A stretch of DNA of 64,000 bases. Origin: Pocillopora damicornis. Taxonomy: Eukaryota. The notes under the pieces were generated by a model. It saw only the letters and a program-made list of their open reading frames with translations, did no database searches and was not told the DNA's origin. The stretch covers positions 744,001 to 808,000 of the forward strand of contig NW_020844573.1 in assembly GCF_003704095.1 (NCBI RefSeq), read 5' to 3'. Positions 60,448-64,000 of this stretch are shown here, in pieces. Each line of letters begins with the position of its first letter. Position 1 is the stretch's first letter. The position numbers and the translations under genes were made by a program.

Positions 60448-63400
60448 TCAGTCTATTTTCAAGACATTTTCTGCAAGCATTATTTTTTCTTGAAGTTCCA
60501 GAGGATTTTTCAGAAGTCTGTGAAGGTCTTCTACACTCATTTCCAAAAGCATTCCTGTAATTTTATCAGCATTTTCAGAATGTGACTCCTCAATCTTCAC
60601 ATACAGTTGTTCCCCCAACTCTTCTTTCATGGAATCTCCTGGGCTGCAGTGTTTAGTTGGTTCCCTACGAAATGGGACTTCATGACTAATTTACAACACA
60701 TTCAGAGAGACAAAAATAAGAACTCTTGCAAAAGCTTATCAAAGTGAGGTTTTGGATTCAGGATATGCCTTGTCATTCTGAGAGAAGAACTTTTGCATAT
60801 TGAAAGATACAATAAAGGCTTTCTCATATATCAATGAAAATGTTTTCCAAAGGCAAAAGATCAATTGGAAATTTAAAAAAGTTTCAAATATTTACATTTA
60901 CAGTTAGTATATACTACTATTGACTATGCTTTTCGCATGTACTGATTGGCTAGTTTAGAGGTGATTAAAAGTACAATTGGCCAAATAAGACAATTTTTTG
61001 GGTTTTTGTGTGGTATATACTAAAACCATTTTTCACCATTAAAACTGGCTGATGTTTTTTCTCCTCTTTGGTGAATAATTGTAAATTATTATAGATAAAA
61101 AAATGGAAAAATAGAGTTTGACAGAGATGTCAATCATATCTGTTACAAATGTGACACAAAGAAGGAATCTGAGTCCCCCACAAGGAAATGAACTCCAGAT
61201 TTATTTGATTATTTTACTTGAAATACTTAAAGGTGACTTGTAAATACTTTTGACCTGCTCACCTGTTTGAGCTAGTTTGTTCCATTCTGTGTAGGACAGC
61301 TAATGCTCCCTCAACTTTTTCCTTCAAAATCTGCTTGTTTAAAACCAAATTCTCCAATGCTGCACTGTCAATATCCATCAACATGCCTGTCAATTTATGA
61401 GCTTTTCCTGGATACCAATCATTTATTATATCATAGAGCTTCTCTTCTAACCTTTTTATTGTTTCTGCTTCAGATTTTTCAGAAGGTGGTAGACTGTGTT
61501 GTGTTTCACTGTTAGTTTTTGTTGAGGTGAGGATGCTTGCAGCATATGCAGCTTTTTCTTGTAGTGCTGCAGAATCATTAAGCAACATTTCTAAAGTAGC
61601 AATATTCATTTCTAATAACATACCAGATATTTTGTCTGCATTCTCTGGGAACCATTCACAGATTTTGTAATACAGTTGTTCACCATAAACTGCTTTGTCT
61701 TCCTGTCCTGTTGAGGGTGATACAGTTTCACTTATGTCACTCTGATTATTGAGTGCCGATAATGCCTGATTCACTTTTTCTTTTAACACCTCTTGGTCTC
61801 TGAGGAGCACTTCTAAATCGTAAGCATCCATTTCTAGAAGCATCCCTGTGATTTTGTCAGCTTGATCACAGCCAAGTTCACTAACCAAACTATAAAGTTC
61901 TTCTCCGATAGAAGTCTTATCTTGACATTGTCTCTGTGCAGTCTCTGTTTGGCTATTTTTGATTTGTCCAGAGTCATTTTCCAAAAGTGATATGATTTCT
62001 CCCAGTTTTTGCTCTAACAAGTTTGAATCCTTGATCATGAGCTCTAAACTTTGAGTATCCATTTCTAGCAAAATTCCTGTCAATTTTTCTGCATCATCTG
62101 GATATTGCTCTTCAATCAAGGCATACATCTGTTCACCTAAGGCTTGTTTTGTTTTAAAATTGTCATTGTGGTGTGTAGAGGATTCAGACGGTAAAATGCT
62201 GCATCTTTCTAATTTATTACTTTTATCAGATATATCTGTGGATGAGTCTCTTACATGTGAATTCCCTCTGAAAGAAAGACAAGGATTTTCAGGGTTTGTG
62301 CTTTGTTCATTTGTGCTATCTTTGACCAGTTGACAATCTAACCTGCAGAAGTGTTGTATACATTGTGGTTAAAATAAAACTTTCACTCAGTTTTTTTTCC
62401 AAGCTGTAAAAGTTCAAGTTGAATTTACTTCATTTTAGATTACCTGATAGTACAAAGTTTCTAACAAAGAAAAACGAAAAATTTTTATCTAGTTTGAAAT
62501 GTTTTCACCCTAGAAACAAAATTGAACCATTAGAAATAGGAATTAGAACAAATTCAGTATTTGTGATTTTCCAGTGATTTATTTTTGCTAAAAGTTACTT
62601 TTACATGTCAAATAAAATTCATCCTTCAGTTCAAAACAATAAATTTTCATGACAAGCTCTATTTTCACTTTAAAAATTTCCATATATATTTTCAAAGATA
62701 ACACTGATAAATAATACTGAAACTTACTTTTGTTACAATTATTGCTGTGGCAGGAACCAAAGATAGACAAACAGGCACCATGGTTTATCATAAATCAAAT
62801 TTGTTAATTCTGATAAATTTTCATCAGAATAATTATATAGTCATGGAGCAATTTCATAAACAATAGGATTTTATGTGGGCTCTTTTGTTTGACGGAAATG
62901 TAGGGAATATTTACAACAAAAACAAACTAATGTTAACCTTTCAAGTGAAAACATAATCTGATCTGCTTTTATTTAAATCTAAAAGAATAATATCAAATCT
63001 TCCGAAAGTTTAACAAGATTAAACACCTTTAATTAATGCTGCTATTTTCTCCAATAGGAGAAAGACAAGGGGAAAAATTTTGGTGGCGAAAAAAAATGAT
63101 TAAAGAATTGATTGAGAAAATCAAAGGCAAGCTATAGTAATAATTTATTTAGGGAAAACAGCTGTCTTTAATTCGACTTCGGAATGAATCAACAGGATTT
63201 CAATCACGCGATCTTGAAGATCGTTGGGGAAGAGATCGAAAGTGTCCGAGTAAAAGCCTTTACGCTAACCAACTGGTAATTTTGGCTTACCTTTCGGGAA
63301 GTACATGCCCTGCAGCTTTGTGAATCTTACAAAGAAGCTCTTCACGATTTGTTGAGGTTAGAATTCGTTTGAGTTCATTGCAGTCTAACTCCAGTAACAT

Positions 63401-63508
63401 ACCAGTAATGTAATCAGCATGTTCTGGATATATTTGTTGCACTATTTCGTACAATTCCTCTCCAAAGTCAGCTTCATTTTTCTCGCGTTCACTGAGTGAA
63501 TTTCCCAT
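60448..63508 (-). CDS. Protein of six tandem MLLE (PABC) domains with an N-myristoylation motif, ~504 aa. Coding exons 63508-63291, 62342-61263, 60664-60448
   Basis: Six repeats of K..(L/I/F/Y)GE.LY..I...(Y/H/F)P..A.K(I/L)TG(M/I)LLE(M/L)D...L..LL.....L.EK...A...L, matching the PABP/UBR5 MLLE pattern. Both introns are phase 2 and GT-AG. Starts MGNSLS in a strong Kozak context (aaaATGG). Confidence 0.88.
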
Positions 63509-63849
63509 TTTCCTGCACAAAGAGCTCACGAGTGAATGACGAATGCCAGCCAGAGCCTTTCTGGGGTGAGGGGAGTTTCGAAGCGATTTAAAGAGCATTT
63601 TTTGCTTAATAAGATACAATCCTTTCCTACGTTTACAAAAAAAAAACCGAAAATAAATTTAGATTCTAAATGCCTTCCATCTTGTCGGAGTTGTGTTTTT
63701 TTAAAGCTTATTTATTTTGATGTTTCTGTAAGCAAATCATACCCTCCCTCCCCCGCAGGTGAGACAAGTTAGGTCTTTGGTAGAACCCAGGTTGTTGCGG
63801 TCGTTCCTTTCGTACACAGACTTGTCGCTGATTAAATCTCGGGTTCAAA

Positions 63850-63867
63850 ATGGCGCGGGAACTTGAG
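63850..63867 (+). CDS. Possible 18-nt first coding exon (MARELE) of a divergently transcribed gene continuing beyond the window
   Basis: caaaATGGCGCGGGAACTTGAG|gtacaa: the same aaaATGGCG start context as ANAPC10, followed by a GT donor and T-rich intron-like sequence. Confidence 0.35.
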
Positions 63868-64000
63868 GTACAAAGTCTTTCTGCGTTTCTTTTTTCTTTT
63901 AGGCTTTCTAACGATTCTGCGAAGTTTCTTAACGCAGTTTTTTAAATAAGCACATCGAGTTAAACGCTATGAAACATTTTTATTTCAGGAAAAACATTCA

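Noticed and set aside
48984-63508. Functional RNA-metabolism cluster linking ENDOV (a reported PABPC1 partner) with the multi-MLLE gene
   Set aside because: Unrelated genes intervene, proximity in animal genomes is weak evidence, and I see no PAM2 motif in ENDOV.
1-64000. CRISPR arrays, rRNA, intact tRNA or prokaryotic defence systems
   Set aside because: None seen. The sequence is eukaryotic, and tRNA-like pieces (~11870-11975, ~47820-47900, ~61150-61200) are decayed SINE heads.

Overview
Eukaryotic genomic DNA, AT-rich with GT-AG introns and N gaps. The repeat families and the intronless GPCR array suggest a cnidarian, most likely a scleractinian coral (inference). In order along the window: the 3' end of a probable AHR-type bHLH-PAS gene (+); a PIDD1-like LRR-ZU5-ZU5-UPA-death domain gene (+); complete 14-exon ELAC2/RNase Z (-); a tandem array of intronless class A GPCRs with a pseudogene fragment (+); LRRC14/PRAME-like (-) head-to-head with TMEM130-like (+); DNAL4 (-) head-to-head with ENDOV (+); intronless ANAPC10 (+); a two-exon orphan ORF (+); and a ~504-aa protein of six tandem MLLE (PABC) domains behind an N-myristoylation motif, with no RRM or HECT domain (-). 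This last gene is the most unusual feature. Non-coding DNA holds many TTAA-flanked piggyBac-like MITEs, other MITEs, SINE/LINE fragments, and a 100-bp insertion with a 14-bp target-site duplication carrying a minimal hammerhead ribozyme. Exon boundaries were derived by hand from GT-AG signals and phase consistency; no database searches were run.
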